Source of the DNA: Octopus sinensis
Taxonomy: Eukaryota
Reading direction: 5' to 3'
Assembly: GCF_006345805.1 (NCBI RefSeq)
Contig: NC_043021.1
Coordinates: 15,190,001-15,254,000, forward strand
Length of the DNA stretch: 64,000 bases
A program made the position numbers and the translations under genes. How positions within the stretch are numbered: position 1 is the stretch's first letter; every line of letters starts with the position of its first letter. A model generated the notes under the pieces. It had not been told where the DNA came from, did not search any database, and saw nothing but the letters and a program-made list of their open reading frames with translations. Below are positions 1 through 11,388 of this stretch, piece by piece.

Positions 1-811
1 CCTCTTTTGCTGTAGCCTCATGTTAACCAATGCCTTATGAGGAAATTTGGATGAAGAAACAGAAAGAAGCCAGTCATATTTATGTGTGTGTGTGAATGTT
101 CTCAAAATTACATTGAACTACATATTGTCATGTCACAGTCATGTCACTGTTTGTGATTGGACAGCAACTGGTGACATTTGACATTTCCTGGCAAAGTATT
201 ATGTGTATGTGAGTTCATATTTCATTATGTCATGTAAACAAAAGACTCGCTATTCCATATAGATGAGGCCATTTGCTTTGTAGTTCGTATCATATGCATG
301 TTAGGGTTTCCTTAACATATCTTGACATGTTGCTTGATGTAAACAAAGGGCTCGTCTGTATGGTATCATTTGTTTCTTGTTTTTCTACATAAAACATGTT
401 TGGACTGTTTGTTATTTTGATAGATTTGTGGGGGTCATTAGCTTACTTGGAAACAACAGTGTTGGTGATAGGAAGGGCATCCCAGCATAGGAAACTTTGC
501 TTCAGCTTACTCTTGTCTAACTTATTCAAGTATGGAAAAGTAGATTTTAAAATATCTTTTTTTTTAAATTTTTATTTTAGTTTGAGACTGCAGCCGTGCT
601 GGGGGTACCAAACTGAAGGGTTTAGTCAAATAAATCTACCCCACTCCTTACTTTTGTTTCTAAGTTTGGTACTTAATTTGTCTCTTTTTGCTGAACTAAG
701 TTATGGGGATGTAAACAAACCAGCATTGATTGTTAAGCATTGGTGGGGAAAACACACATACACGTTGTATTTCAGCTGGGTTGGTATTGAAAAGGTTAAT
801 TTAGATCTTTT

Positions 812-1041
812 TTAACCCTTTCGTTACAAACCTGGCTGAAACCAGCTCTGGCTCTGTAGTACATATGTCTTGTTTTCATAAGTTTTGAATTAAAATCTCC
901 CACCAAACCTTAGTCCCAATTTATGTTCCCAACACCAGCTTAATGATAACTAAGTTATCTTACTAAATTCTTAGTTATATTTAAAATTAATTGAAAGAAA
1001 CACAGAGCATCTCAACAGAAATATGGTAACAAAAGTGTTAA
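812..1041. mobile_element. piggyBac-type non-autonomous MITE (family P1)
   Basis: Starts TTAA-CCCTTT, ends AAAAGTG-TTAA; body is near-identical to 1065-1292 and 53715-53940. TTAA plus CCC termini is the piggyBac signature. Confidence 0.75.
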
Positions 1042-1064
1042 AATATATAATAGAGGAACAATTC

Positions 1065-1292
1065 TTAACCCTTTCAATACCAACCCAGCTGAAACTGCCT
1101 CTGGCTCTGTAGAACAAATGTTTTGTTTTCAAAAGTTTTGAATTAAAATCTTCCACCAAACCTTAGTCACAATTTATGTTCCTAACACTAGCTTAACGAT
1201 AACGAAGTTATTTTACTGAATTCTTTGTTATATTTAAAGTAATTGAAAGAAATACAGAACATCTCAACAGAAATATGGCATAGAAGGGTTAA
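1065..1292. mobile_element. piggyBac-type MITE (family P1), second adjacent copy
   Basis: TTAACCCTTT...AAGGGTTAA termini; followed by a further right-end remnant up to about 1400. Confidence 0.8.
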
Positions 1293-2119
1293 AGAAGAAG
1301 CTTGTATCATAGAACCAAGTATGGTTTGAGGTGTTAAAACAGGAAGCTTGTGTTATAGAACCAGGGATGGTCTGAAACGGGCTGGCATCTAAAGGATTAA
1401 ATAAAGACACCTCTATTCTGTATCATTTTTACTTTGAGCTTTGTTCTCTTCGATGTATTTGGTGCAACTAAGTGTACAACTCCTTTGTTTCTTCCTGTTT
1501 GGATTAACAAGTATTTACTTAGATAAATTCATTGCATCATTATTTGGCAACTGTGTAATCCAATCTAAGTGATTGCTGCTTAACTGGCTTAATCTCCATT
1601 TTTATCTATATTATTATTATTATTATTGTTATTACTTTCCTTTTTTTTTTATTGTACATTTGTTTGCAATTTGGAAATATTTTCCATTGTTTTGTTGAGA
1701 ATTGTCAAATCAATTTTTCCGGAATTGTTCTTGTAAACTTATCTCAGAGCTAGCTGTTTCATATGGTTTAATATTTGTATAAATAGGAAGGAATGTAGCA
1801 TATTAAAAATACATGATTTTAATGGTACTTTGATGATTATTTAGACTGAAGTGTGTTTCGTAATTTAAATATCTTTCCTTTCTCTTTTTGTTCTATCAAA
1901 ACCTGTTCACTGTACAGAGTTACTGTTCTGATAAGACAGGCTACCATACGGACCGAATGAATATCCACTGAAATATGTTTGGCTTTCTTTACTATTTTTC
2001 GTTCTTAAACTAGTCTAAGGAGGAAGACCAATGACTGACACTTTTTTGGGCCTTCAAGTCCTCTAAAAAGGACTATGTATGTATGTATATATATACATTT
2101 ATTATTATTGAAATTATAA

Positions 2120-2362
2120 TATATATATACCCATTTCCTTCCGGTCATTCAAAATGTGACCGCGTGTGTACCATTGGTTATTTTCTTTTCCTCTGTCTTC
2201 CCTTCGCTGGATCTTTCCTTCTCCTATGTTTCCGACGAAGAGCTCCGCTTGAAACATTAAACCCTCCTTCTTTCCTTCTTTCCTGAGCGTCCAATAATAC
2301 TATATTTGTTCCACGTCCTCGTGTTGTGTTTTTTTGTGCTTTCATGTTTGGATTAACTTTAT
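2120..2362 (+). mobile_element. Short (TA)n-flanked repeat resembling a Penelope-like element terminal (pLTR-type) segment
   Basis: Embedded between (TA)n runs; contains a minimal hammerhead motif followed by a pyrimidine-rich tail. Minimal hammerheads are a known feature of Penelope-like element pLTRs. Confidence 0.5.
2228..2262 (+). ncRNA. Degenerate minimal type-I hammerhead ribozyme (family H1)
   Basis: GTTT-CCGACGA-A-GAG-ctccg-CTT-GAAA-CA-TT-AAAC: stem I GTTT/AAAC, core CUGANGA with U4->C, stem II GAG/CTT, GAAA, then UH = UU. Confidence 0.55.
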
Positions 2363-2828
2363 ATATATATATATATAGGGAGAATTCACAAAAAAAATAA
2401 AAGACGAAGAGGCTCTTCTCTGCCTCTGACCTCTTCGTTCTGACGATGTCTGCCATTGGCAATGAGGCAAAAATATATTTTCTTCACCATGGTACACAGA
2501 AACGATCGTAAACTCATTCTCACCTTTCTTAACTAATTGAATAATGACTTCCTAGCACAAATGACACACTAATTGTTATTTTCCCTCCATTTTCTTATTG
2601 TCTTTATAAATTAAACTATGGTTTACCTGTCAACTTACCTGCTGCCCCCATACCTTTTACCAAGGACTATACCTACTGAGGTAATTACCAGGAGTGCCTT
2701 TGGATATATCTATCCCTTAGAGGGTTTAAACACCTCTAACTTATACCTGCATAACATATATGTATGTTTATGTCTATATATATATATATATTAATATATA
2801 TATATATATATAATATATATATATATAT

Positions 2829-3033
2829 TATTACGGAGATGTACTTGCATAGCAAGTAATTTGATCTGAGATCGTGTGCTGAAACGAAAACAATTGCAGC
2901 GTGGAAGGTGTTTATAAGCCATTTAAGAAACACACAAAAGCCGTTCGATTCACTCCAACATTTAAGTTTAATTTGTCAAAATATTTTCGTCGCTAAAATC
3001 CGCGACCTGTTCACTGACAAAGTCCGTGCTGCA
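2829..3033 (-). mobile_element. About 205-bp (TA)n-flanked repeat carrying a hammerhead (family H2), copy 1
   Basis: Aligns over its whole length with 58397-58602; flanked by (TA)n on both sides. Confidence 0.8.
2975..3018 (-). ncRNA. Minimal type-I hammerhead ribozyme with G3:C8 core swap
   Basis: Minus strand reads GTCA-GTGAACA-G-GTCGC-ggatttta-GCGAC-GAA-AATATT-T-TGAC: perfect stems I and II, palindromic helix III, core GUGAACA instead of CUGANGA. Confidence 0.65.
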
Positions 3034-3231
3034 TATATATATATATATATACACACACATATATATATATATATATACACATATACATATACAAGTTGAA
3101 ATTAAAAGTTTAAATTTAAAATTAAAATTTTACATGTTGGGCATGTCCCTGCTAATAAAGCACATTCACTGCCTATGATAAATAAATACCCTGTGATAGT
3201 TTCCAGTATATTCTATCTTCCGTATCCATTG

Positions 3232-3274
<43 letters not shown>

Positions 3275-3279
3275 TATAT

Positions 3280-3812
3280 CAGTGGCGACTCCGGCACTCA
3301 GGCTCTACAGGCTTCCATCTATCCGCTCAGTTGAAGTCAACTCTCAGTTACTCGTTGGATCAGTGTCCTCCAGTCAGTTCTATCCTGGGCCGCTTCTTTC
3401 AGATTGGCTATGTCCATTCCGGTATCACTCTTGATGGTGTCAAGCCAGCGGGTTCTTGGTTGGCCTCTTCCTCTCTTGCCACTGACCATTCCGAGCACGA
3501 TGTCCTTCTCCAGGGATTTTCTCCGCATAATATGACCGAAATATGCCAATCTATGCTTGGTGATCCTAACTTCTAGCAACATTTTCGGCCTGATCTGCTT
3601 AAGAACTTCTCCATTGGTGAGCCTCGCTGTCCATGGAATCCGTAAAAGTCTTCTCCAACACCAAAGCTCGAATGCATTAATTCTCTTCTGGTCAGCTTTC
3701 TTTAGTGTCCAGGTCTTGCATCCATATGTTGCTATTGGGAAGACAATTGCATTCACCAATCTGCATTTGGTAGCGTGTCTGATGTCTATACTCTTCCAGA
3801 CCCTGCTTAGCC
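3280..3812 (-). mobile_element. RTE-clade (BovB-like) LINE, 3' fragment encoding the RT C-terminal region
   Basis: ORF 3337-3849 contains VFPIATYGCKTWTL, AFELWCWRRLLRIPWTAR, LAYFGHIMRR and GKRGRGQPRTRWLD, typical RTE C-terminal motifs; ends in a short 3' UTR next to (TA)n. Homology starts near 3812, so the ORF start is spurious. Confidence 0.9.
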
Positions 3813-4267
3813 TGAGTATAAATTCAGTAAAGTGAAAGTGTATTTGCAAGCTGATTCAATTTCTGCCAACACTGACCCCAAATGTGTAATTGCAGCCAAT
3901 AACTCAGGCTAATACGAACGAGCCTGGTAGGCGTAAAAAAACTAACTGGCATCTCTTGTCCAAGAGTACAGGCGACAGCCAGATCGCTCATGTTTGTTGT
4001 GCACTCCGCTGTCATTATTTGATTGCAGTTATTCTGTGCGTCTGAGTGTAAAGATCAGTTGTGTTTTGTAGGGTTGCTTTATTTTAACCCTTAACTTAGA
4101 AATAGGGAAAGATATGGTGCTAGATATAAAAAAAAAAAGACATTTGGGACTAGAAATAAAGTGGGAAAACGTGAAATTCTTCAAGCAGGCATGTGTCTTA
4201 CACGAAATCTGTGATGCGTCTAAGTGACGCTGACGACCAGGAGTTGCCTCTGATATATATATATATA

Positions 4268-4405
4268 TATAAATAAAAATACAAACTGGGACAAGAATGC
4301 AAAACATTTAGGAGACGATACAAAAAACACGGACGGGACATTCGAAGCCTTCAATCTTCAGTCAAGAACTGGATCATCCTCACAATTTCAGCTGATTAAT
4401 CTTGA
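4268..4405. repeat. Short (TA)n-flanked interspersed repeat, unclassified
   Basis: Compositionally distinct block sandwiched between (TA)n runs, like the H1/H2 elements; no second copy seen in this window. Confidence 0.35.
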
Positions 4406-4417
4406 TATATATATATA

Positions 4418-4843
4418 GGCGCAGGAGTGGCTGTAAGTAGCTGGTAAGTAGCTTGCTAACCAACCACATAGTTCTGGGTTCAGTCCCACTGCGTGGCATC
4501 TTGGGCAAGTGTCTTCTGCTATAGCCCCGGGCCGACCAATGCCTTGTGAGTGGATTTGGTAGACAGAAACTGAAAGAAGCCTGTCGTATATATGTATATA
4601 TGTGTATATATATATATATGTGTGTGTATGTATGTGTTTGTTTGTGTTTGTCCCTCTAGCATTGCTTGACAACCGATGCTGGTGTGTTTACGTTCCTGTA
4701 ACTTAGCGGTTCGGCAAAAGAGACCGATAGAATAAGTACTGGGCTTACAAAGAATAAGTCCTGGGGTCGATTTGCTCGACTAAAGGCGGTGCTCCAGCAT
4801 GGCCACAGTCAAAGGACTGAAACAAGTAAAAAAGTAAAAGAGT
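4418..4843 (+). mobile_element. tRNA-derived SINE family A (near full length)
   Basis: Head GGCGCAGGAGTGGCTG (A-box-like) and GGGTTCAGTCCC (B-box-like), TTGGGCAAGTGTCTT block, internal (TA)n(TG)n, 3' CAGTC-AAAG-GACTG-AAACAAGTAAAA; more than 25 related copies or fragments in the window. Confidence 0.9.
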
Positions 4844-4993
4844 ATATATATATATTGGCGTTAAGAAGGGCATCCAGCTGTAGAAACTCTGCCAGATCAG
4901 ATTGGAGCCTGGTGCAGCCATCTGGCTTGCTAGTCCTCAGTCAAATCGTCCAACCCATGCTAGCATGGAAAGTGGATGTTAAACGATGATGAT

Positions 4994-5378
4994 GAGTGGC
5001 TGTGTGGTAAGTAGCTTGCTTACCAACCACATGGTTCCGGGTTCAGTCCCTCTGTGTGGCACCTTGGGCAAGTGTCTTCTACGATAGCCTCGGGCCGACC
5101 AAAGCCTTGTGAGTGGATTTGGTAGACGGAAACTGAAAGAAGCCTGTCGTATATATGTATATATATGTGTGTTTGTGTGTCTGTGTTTGTCCCCCTAGCA
5201 TTGCTTGACAACCGATGCTGGTGTGTTTACGTCCCCGTCACTTAGCGGTTCGGCAAAAGAGACCGATAGAATAAGTACTGTGCTTACAAAAAGAATAAGT
5301 CCTGGGGTCGATTTGCTCGACTAAAGGCGGTGCTCCAGCATGGCCGCAGTCAAATGACTGAAACAAGTAAAAGAGAGA
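4994..5378 (+). mobile_element. SINE family A
   Basis: Full match to the 4418-4843 architecture. Confidence 0.9.
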
Positions 5379-5799
5379 GATATATGATAAATTTATTTCA
5401 GTTTCTATTTCACAAATTTATTTACAGGACTTTGATTGGCCTGGGGTTTTGAGACCGAATCGGAAACCATGTGGTTTGTGAAGCAAACTTCTTTAGTATA
5501 CCGCTATGCCTGCACCTTTATATTTATTCTCCACAAAATGTCTCGTACCAAATCTAGGGCAGCTCCTTTCATGTGAATAATAGCAGAATTACTAACATCA
5601 AAAGTAACACCTCTGTAATTAGAAAAATAACTGCGACTCACAGGATATCTAATACTTGCATAAGAGAAGGAAAAAAATCGGAACACTGTAATTATATCTA
5701 ATAATGTCAGTTGGGTCTAATCTAAGAAGAAGCCTCATACAAATGTAAATGAATGTGTGAGCCCACATGACTGCTCTCAATGCTCTAACACACATGTTC

Positions 5800-6195
5800 T
5801 TTTATTCTTGTTTCAGTCATTTTACTGCGGCCATGCTGGAGCACCGCCTTGAAGGGTTTAGGTTGAAGAAATCGACCCTAGGACTTGTTCTTTGTAAGCT
5901 TAGTACTTACTCTATTAGTCTCTTTTGATGAACTGCTAAGTTATGCGGATGTAAACACTCCAGCATCAGTTGTCCAGCAATGGTGGCGGGGCTAAACACA
6001 TACACATACAATTACATGTACATATATATATAAAAATATACGATGAGCTTCTTTCAGTTTCCATCTACCAAACCCATTCGCAAGGCTTTGATCAGTCCAA
6101 GTCCATAGTAGAAGACACTTGCCCAAGGTTCCACGGTGTAGGACTGAACCTGAAACCATGTGGCTGGGAAGCAAGCTTCTTATCACACAGCTGTG
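5800..6195 (-). mobile_element. SINE family A (older copy, inverted relative to its neighbours)
   Basis: Reverse complement of the family A body and head. Confidence 0.8.
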
Positions 6196-6686
6196 CCTTT
6201 GCCTACATGTGTATATTTGTGTACCAACAGGTGAGTCTCTGTGGTCTCTTGGTGTGCTAGAAATAGCAACCAAATTTCTCTCAATTTGGACGCCCTTTTT
6301 TATGTTGAAGAAAAGACGAAAACATTTAATTCAGTGTTGGCCAAAGTGAGATTTGAACTTGGACTGCAAAGAGCTGGAGCAAATACTGCAAGGCAACTGG
6401 TCTGACGTTCTTACAAGTCTGCCCACTCGTTGACCGGGATTTAGTGCTTGACCAGTGCTCTGTGTGTTTTTGAAATGATTGTTTGTTTTAACTGTATCAT
6501 TGAGTAAATAACCACACCACAGTAAACCTGTCTCGCAAAAGAGCAAGTCTGATTAATGATTAAATGTTTTATAGGTTTAGTACAGCTTGTATAGAAGAAA
6601 ACTATTGATGAGAAATGATAAAAAGTGCCCCAAAGTCATGTCGCTATATATATTATATACTAAAATGCATCAAAGTCATGTCCATA

Positions 6687-6730
<44 letters not shown>

Positions 6731-6897
6731 GTCACATACATGCATGTATATATATGTATTACTAAAGACATGACAGGTGCACTTACTAACTTTTGTATGT
6801 ACATACACACATACCTATACATGTATATGTACAAATATATATTTAAATTAAGACATGGCTTTAGTGCATATGTATGTGTGCGTATCTTTATTTACAA

Positions 6898-6947
<50 letters not shown>

Positions 6948-8316
6948 GATTGCGTACACGCCTATATAATTTAAATAGAGAGTTGAAATATATTTTTATG
7001 TATGTGCAAAGTGTCTTTTAAGTAATTATTTGGCTGGCAGGTTGTTTGCTAATTGTTTGAAATATTTATTGTGTGTTTGCGGATGCCTGTGGTGCAGCCG
7101 GGTTTCCGATATCAAGGCCTCCTACAGTGATAATATGAGCCGACGAGCTAGTATTTGGCTATTGCTTCAATAGGAACATGAACCCACAATCATTTTAATA
7201 GCTATTTTAGCGGTTTCTAAACGTTATTATCCCGACACTGTTTCCTGCAAAGGTTCTTCTTTAAAATGTGTCGATTTAAAACGGTTTTAGCGTTGAGGGG
7301 AACTTTGATTGCTCTGGTAATATCATCACTTTTGTTACGTTTCGTTTTGTTGTTATCGTCTTACACACCTAAAGTGATGGCATGACAGAGATTGCTAAAG
7401 ACTCAGATTAAATAGCTCTGTATGGTGTTTGTTATTCTGTTATTCTGTTTTTTCCTCCTTCTTCTTCTCCCTCTGCAATTCTGAGTTGCAGTCCCATGGG
7501 AATTCACATTGTCATTCATCATTGTAGTGTTGATAGAGTAACTCCTGAAACCAGCAATACGGAGGTGTCATCATGATTTAATTTTTGCTTATGCAAAGCA
7601 TTGCAAGTGATGGAAATCGGGGGCGGAGTGGCCGCAGGGAGATACATGGTGATAATTCTGTGTGATGTAGTGAATCGATCTTCTATTTTGTTTCATTCTT
7701 TGGATTGTGGCCATGCTGGGGCACTGCTCTGAAGGGTTTAGTCAAATAAATCGACCCAGTTCTTATCTTTTAAGTCTGGTACTTATTCTATCAGTTTCTT
7801 TTGCTGACCTGCTAAGTTATGGGGATGAAAACAAATCAACACCAGTTTGTGAAGCAGTGAGGGACAAACACTAAGGCACACACACACACACACACACACA
7901 CACCACACACACACACACACACACCACAAACACACACACACATGATGGGCTTCCGTACAGTTTTCATCTTCCACCAAGGTGCTGTACAAGTGTCTTCTAC
8001 TATAGCTATGAAGTGACCAAAGCCTTGTGAGTGGATTTGGTTGATGGAAACTGAGAGAAGCCTGGCATGTGTATATGTGCATGTATGTGTGTGTGTGTGT
8101 GTGTGTGAATTAGTATTTCCTTTGCTGTCATTGGTTTGTAAACAATGGCTTCTTGATGGTATCATTTGCATACAGCCCACTACAAAAGCATGTCTGAGCT
8201 TCTTGGCCTGTTTCTCGATCCTTGTAAACAAAGGGCTTGTTTACATGGTGTTGTCTGTTTCCAGTTCTCCGCATAAAACACACCTGGGCTACTTGTTGTT
8301 CAGCAGACAGGGTGAT

Positions 8317-9337
8317 TATACCTTCCTTTGTAAAAGGCGTCGAGCTGGCAGACACGTTAGCGCGCCGGGCGAAATGCTTAGCTGTATTTCGTCTGTCGTT
8401 ACATTCTGAGTTCAAATTCCGCCAAGGTCAACTTTACCTTTCATCCTTTCGGGGGTTGATAAATAGAGTACCAGTTACGCACTGGGGTCGATGTAATCGA
8501 CTTAATCCCTTTGTCTGTCCTTGTTTGTCCCCTCTGTGTGTAGCCTCTTGTGGGCAGTAAAGAAATATATACCTTCCTTTGTAAAAGGCGTCGAGCTGGC
8601 AGACACGTTAGCACGCCGGGCGAAATGCTTAGCTGTATTTCGTCTGTCGTTACGTTCTGAGTTCAAATTCCGCCGAGGTCAACTTTACCTTTCATCCTTT
8701 CGGGGTTGATAAACAGAGTACCAGTTACGCACTGGGGTCGATGTAATCGACTTAATCCCTTTGTCTGTCCTTGTTTGTCCCCTCTGTGTGTAGCCTCTTG
8801 TGGGCAGTAAAGAAATATATACCTCCCTTTGTAAAAGGCGTCGAGCTGGCAGACACGTTAGCACGCCGGGCGAAATGCTTAGCTGTATTTCGTCTGTCGT
8901 TACGTTCTGAGTTCAAATTCCGCCGAGGTCAACTTTACCTTTCATCCTTTCGGGGTTGATAAACAGAGTACCAGTTACGCACTGGGGTCGATGTAATCGA
9001 CTTAATCCCTTTGTCTGTCCTTGTTTGTCCCCTCTGTGTGTAGCCTCTTGTGGGCAGTAAAGAAATATATACCTTCCTTTGTAAAAGGCGTCGAGCTGGC
9101 AGACACGTTAGCGCGCCGGGCGAAATGCTTAGCTGTATTTCGTCTGTCGTTACGTTCTGAGTTCAAATTCCGCCGAGGTCAACTTTACCTTTCATCCTTT
9201 CGGGGTTGATAAATAGAGTACCAGTTACGCACTGGGGTCGATTAATCGACTTAATCCCTTTGTCTGTCCTTGTTTGTCCCCTCCTCTGTGTGTAGCCTCT
9301 TGTGGGCAGTAAAGAAATATATACCTTCCTTTGTAAA
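8317..9337 (+). repeat. Tandem array of four SINE family B copies, about 250-bp period
   Basis: Four near-identical GGCGTCGAGCTGGCAG...AAAGAAATA units, each bounded by TATACCTTCCTTTGTAAA (five occurrences, one with a single substitution). Confidence 0.95.
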
Positions 9338-9924
9338 TAATAGGATTTTTGTGACAAGAAGGGCACCTGGCTCTGTAAACTCTGCCCCAGTGTACTTTCA
9401 TCCAACCCATGCAAGTATGGGAAAGTAAACATTAAAATGATGATGATAATAAAAATGATGAGACTAACTCATCCAGAGCAATGGGTCTGTAACAATGCCC
9501 CCAGCTGAAACCTTATCAACTAATCTAAGTAACATTATTTTCATTGGAAAGTTAATTCATATCTTTTGCTTCTTCACCATCTTTCTCCAGTAATTAAAAT
9601 AAAGATTTACGTCATTAAGTCTCGTATTCTGTACTTCCTCCTTCCTTTGTGACGGCATTAACACACTTTCCATTCGCCCTTCTTTTCATTTTTCGTTTAA
9701 TTCATTCTTTTATCTTTTGTTTGTTTCTGTCAATGAACTATGGACATACCGGAGTCCTGCCTTAAAGGGTTTAGTTGAACAAATTGGCTCCAGGGTTTTA
9801 CTTTCTCAAAGTCTGGTGCTTGTTCTATTGCTCTTTTCTTGCCAAACCGATAAGTTGCTGGGATGTAAACAAACCAACAATAGTTGTAAGTGGTGTAAGC
9901 GAGAACAAGCTCAATGCCACACAC

Positions 9925-10550
9925 ACACATATGGGGGAACAAGCTCAAAGACACACACACATGTAAGGAGGAAGAAGCTCAAAGACACACGCACACACAC
10001 ACACACACACACATGGTGGGGAGCAATCTCAAAGACACACACACACACACACATATGGTGGGGAACAATCTCAAAGACACACACACACACACACATATAG
10101 TGGGGAACAATCTCGAAGACACACACACACACCACACATATGGTGGGGAACAATCTCAAAGACACATACACACACATATGGTGGGGAACAATCTCAAAGA
10201 CACATACACACACATATGGTGGGGAACAATCTCAAAGACACACACACACACACACACACATATGGTGGGGAACAATCTCGAAGACACACATACACACACA
10301 TATGGTGGGGAACAATCTCAAAGACACACACACACACACACACACACATATGGTGGGGAACAATCTCGAAGACACACACAAATATGGTGGGGAACAATCT
10401 CAAAGACACACACACACACATGGTGGGGAACAATCTCAAAGACACACACACACACACACACACATATGGTGGGGAACAATCTCAAACAAACACACACACA
10501 CACACACACACACACATGGTGGGGAACAATCTCAAAGGCACACACACACA
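9925..10550. repeat. Minisatellite (ATGGTGGGGAACAATCTCAAAGAC + variable (AC)n), about 13 units plus degenerate edge units
   Basis: Directly visible periodic unit, lying inside a minus-strand SINE A (tail part 9720-9910, head part 10555-10670). Confidence 0.95.
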
Positions 10551-10934
10551 CAACCTGAGATAACCTGGGGCTAGAGTAGAAGTCACTTGTCCAAGGAGCT
10601 GCATAGTGGGATTGAACTCAAAATCATGTAGTTGTAAGCTGAGCTCCTTAACTACATGGCTATTCCTATATAACTATATTCTCTGTCTGAAACAGTTTTT
10701 CGTTGCATTTAATGTTTTTTCAAAATTCAGGTGGAAAGAGCTGAATTGTCTGCAAAATATATGTAAATGTGTCCCATGACTTTGGAATGTGTTCCATGCT
10801 AAAGTATGCTTAGGAATTACTGGCTATTTCCACTGCTGATAATGACAGCCATACACATATATACACACACACAATCACAACACTTGTGGCAGGACATCAA
10901 TCATTATTCTGTCAGTTGGTAGTCAGCTGACACA

Positions 10935-11345
10935 ACACACATGTGGATGTGTGTGTATGCATTTATGTATATATATGTATGTGTATATATATGTATGTGT
11001 ATATATGTATGTGTATATATATGTATGTGTATATATGTATGTGTATATGTATGTGTATATATATGTATGTGTATATATATGTATGTGTATATGTATGTGT
11101 ATATATATGTATGTATATACATATGTATGTGTATATATATGTATGTGTATATATGTATGTGTGTATATATGTATGTGTATATATGTATGTGTATGTGTAT
11201 ATGTATGTGTATATATATGTATGTGTATATGTATGTGTATATATATGTATGTGTATGCATTTATGTATATACATATGTATGTGTATATATATGTATGTTT
11301 ATATATATGTATGTTTATATATATGTATGTATATATATATATGTA

Positions 11346-11385
<40 letters not shown>
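10935..11385. repeat. Compound (TA)/(TATG)/(TG) microsatellite
   Basis: Alternating purine-pyrimidine tract with recurrent TATATATGTATGTG subunits; source of the YIY/VCV ORFs. Confidence 0.97.

Positions 11386-11388
<3 letters not shown>

Noticed and set aside
396-815. 139-aa ORF
   Set aside because: Runs through a decayed SINE A and a MITE end; no recognisable domain.
2630-2680. Consensus splice donors (minus-strand CAG|GTAAGT near 2638, AAG|GTAAGT near 41063; plus-strand CAG|GTGAGT near 6230)
   Set aside because: No convincing upstream acceptor plus open frame; such hexamers occur by chance in 64 kb.
4335-4365. Minus-strand CTGAAGA-TT-GAA-ggc-TTC-GAATGTC hammerhead-like motif
   Set aside because: Core half and a short stem II are present, but GAAA is GAAT, two extra bases follow A9 and stem I does not pair convincingly; worth rechecking only on a family consensus.
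4388-5211. Recurrent ORFs such as MSSNARGTNT...RCHAVGLNPEPCGW and MFVPSVCSLLWAVKK
   Set aside because: Chance open frames in SINE A and SINE B copies; they recur only because the SINEs do.
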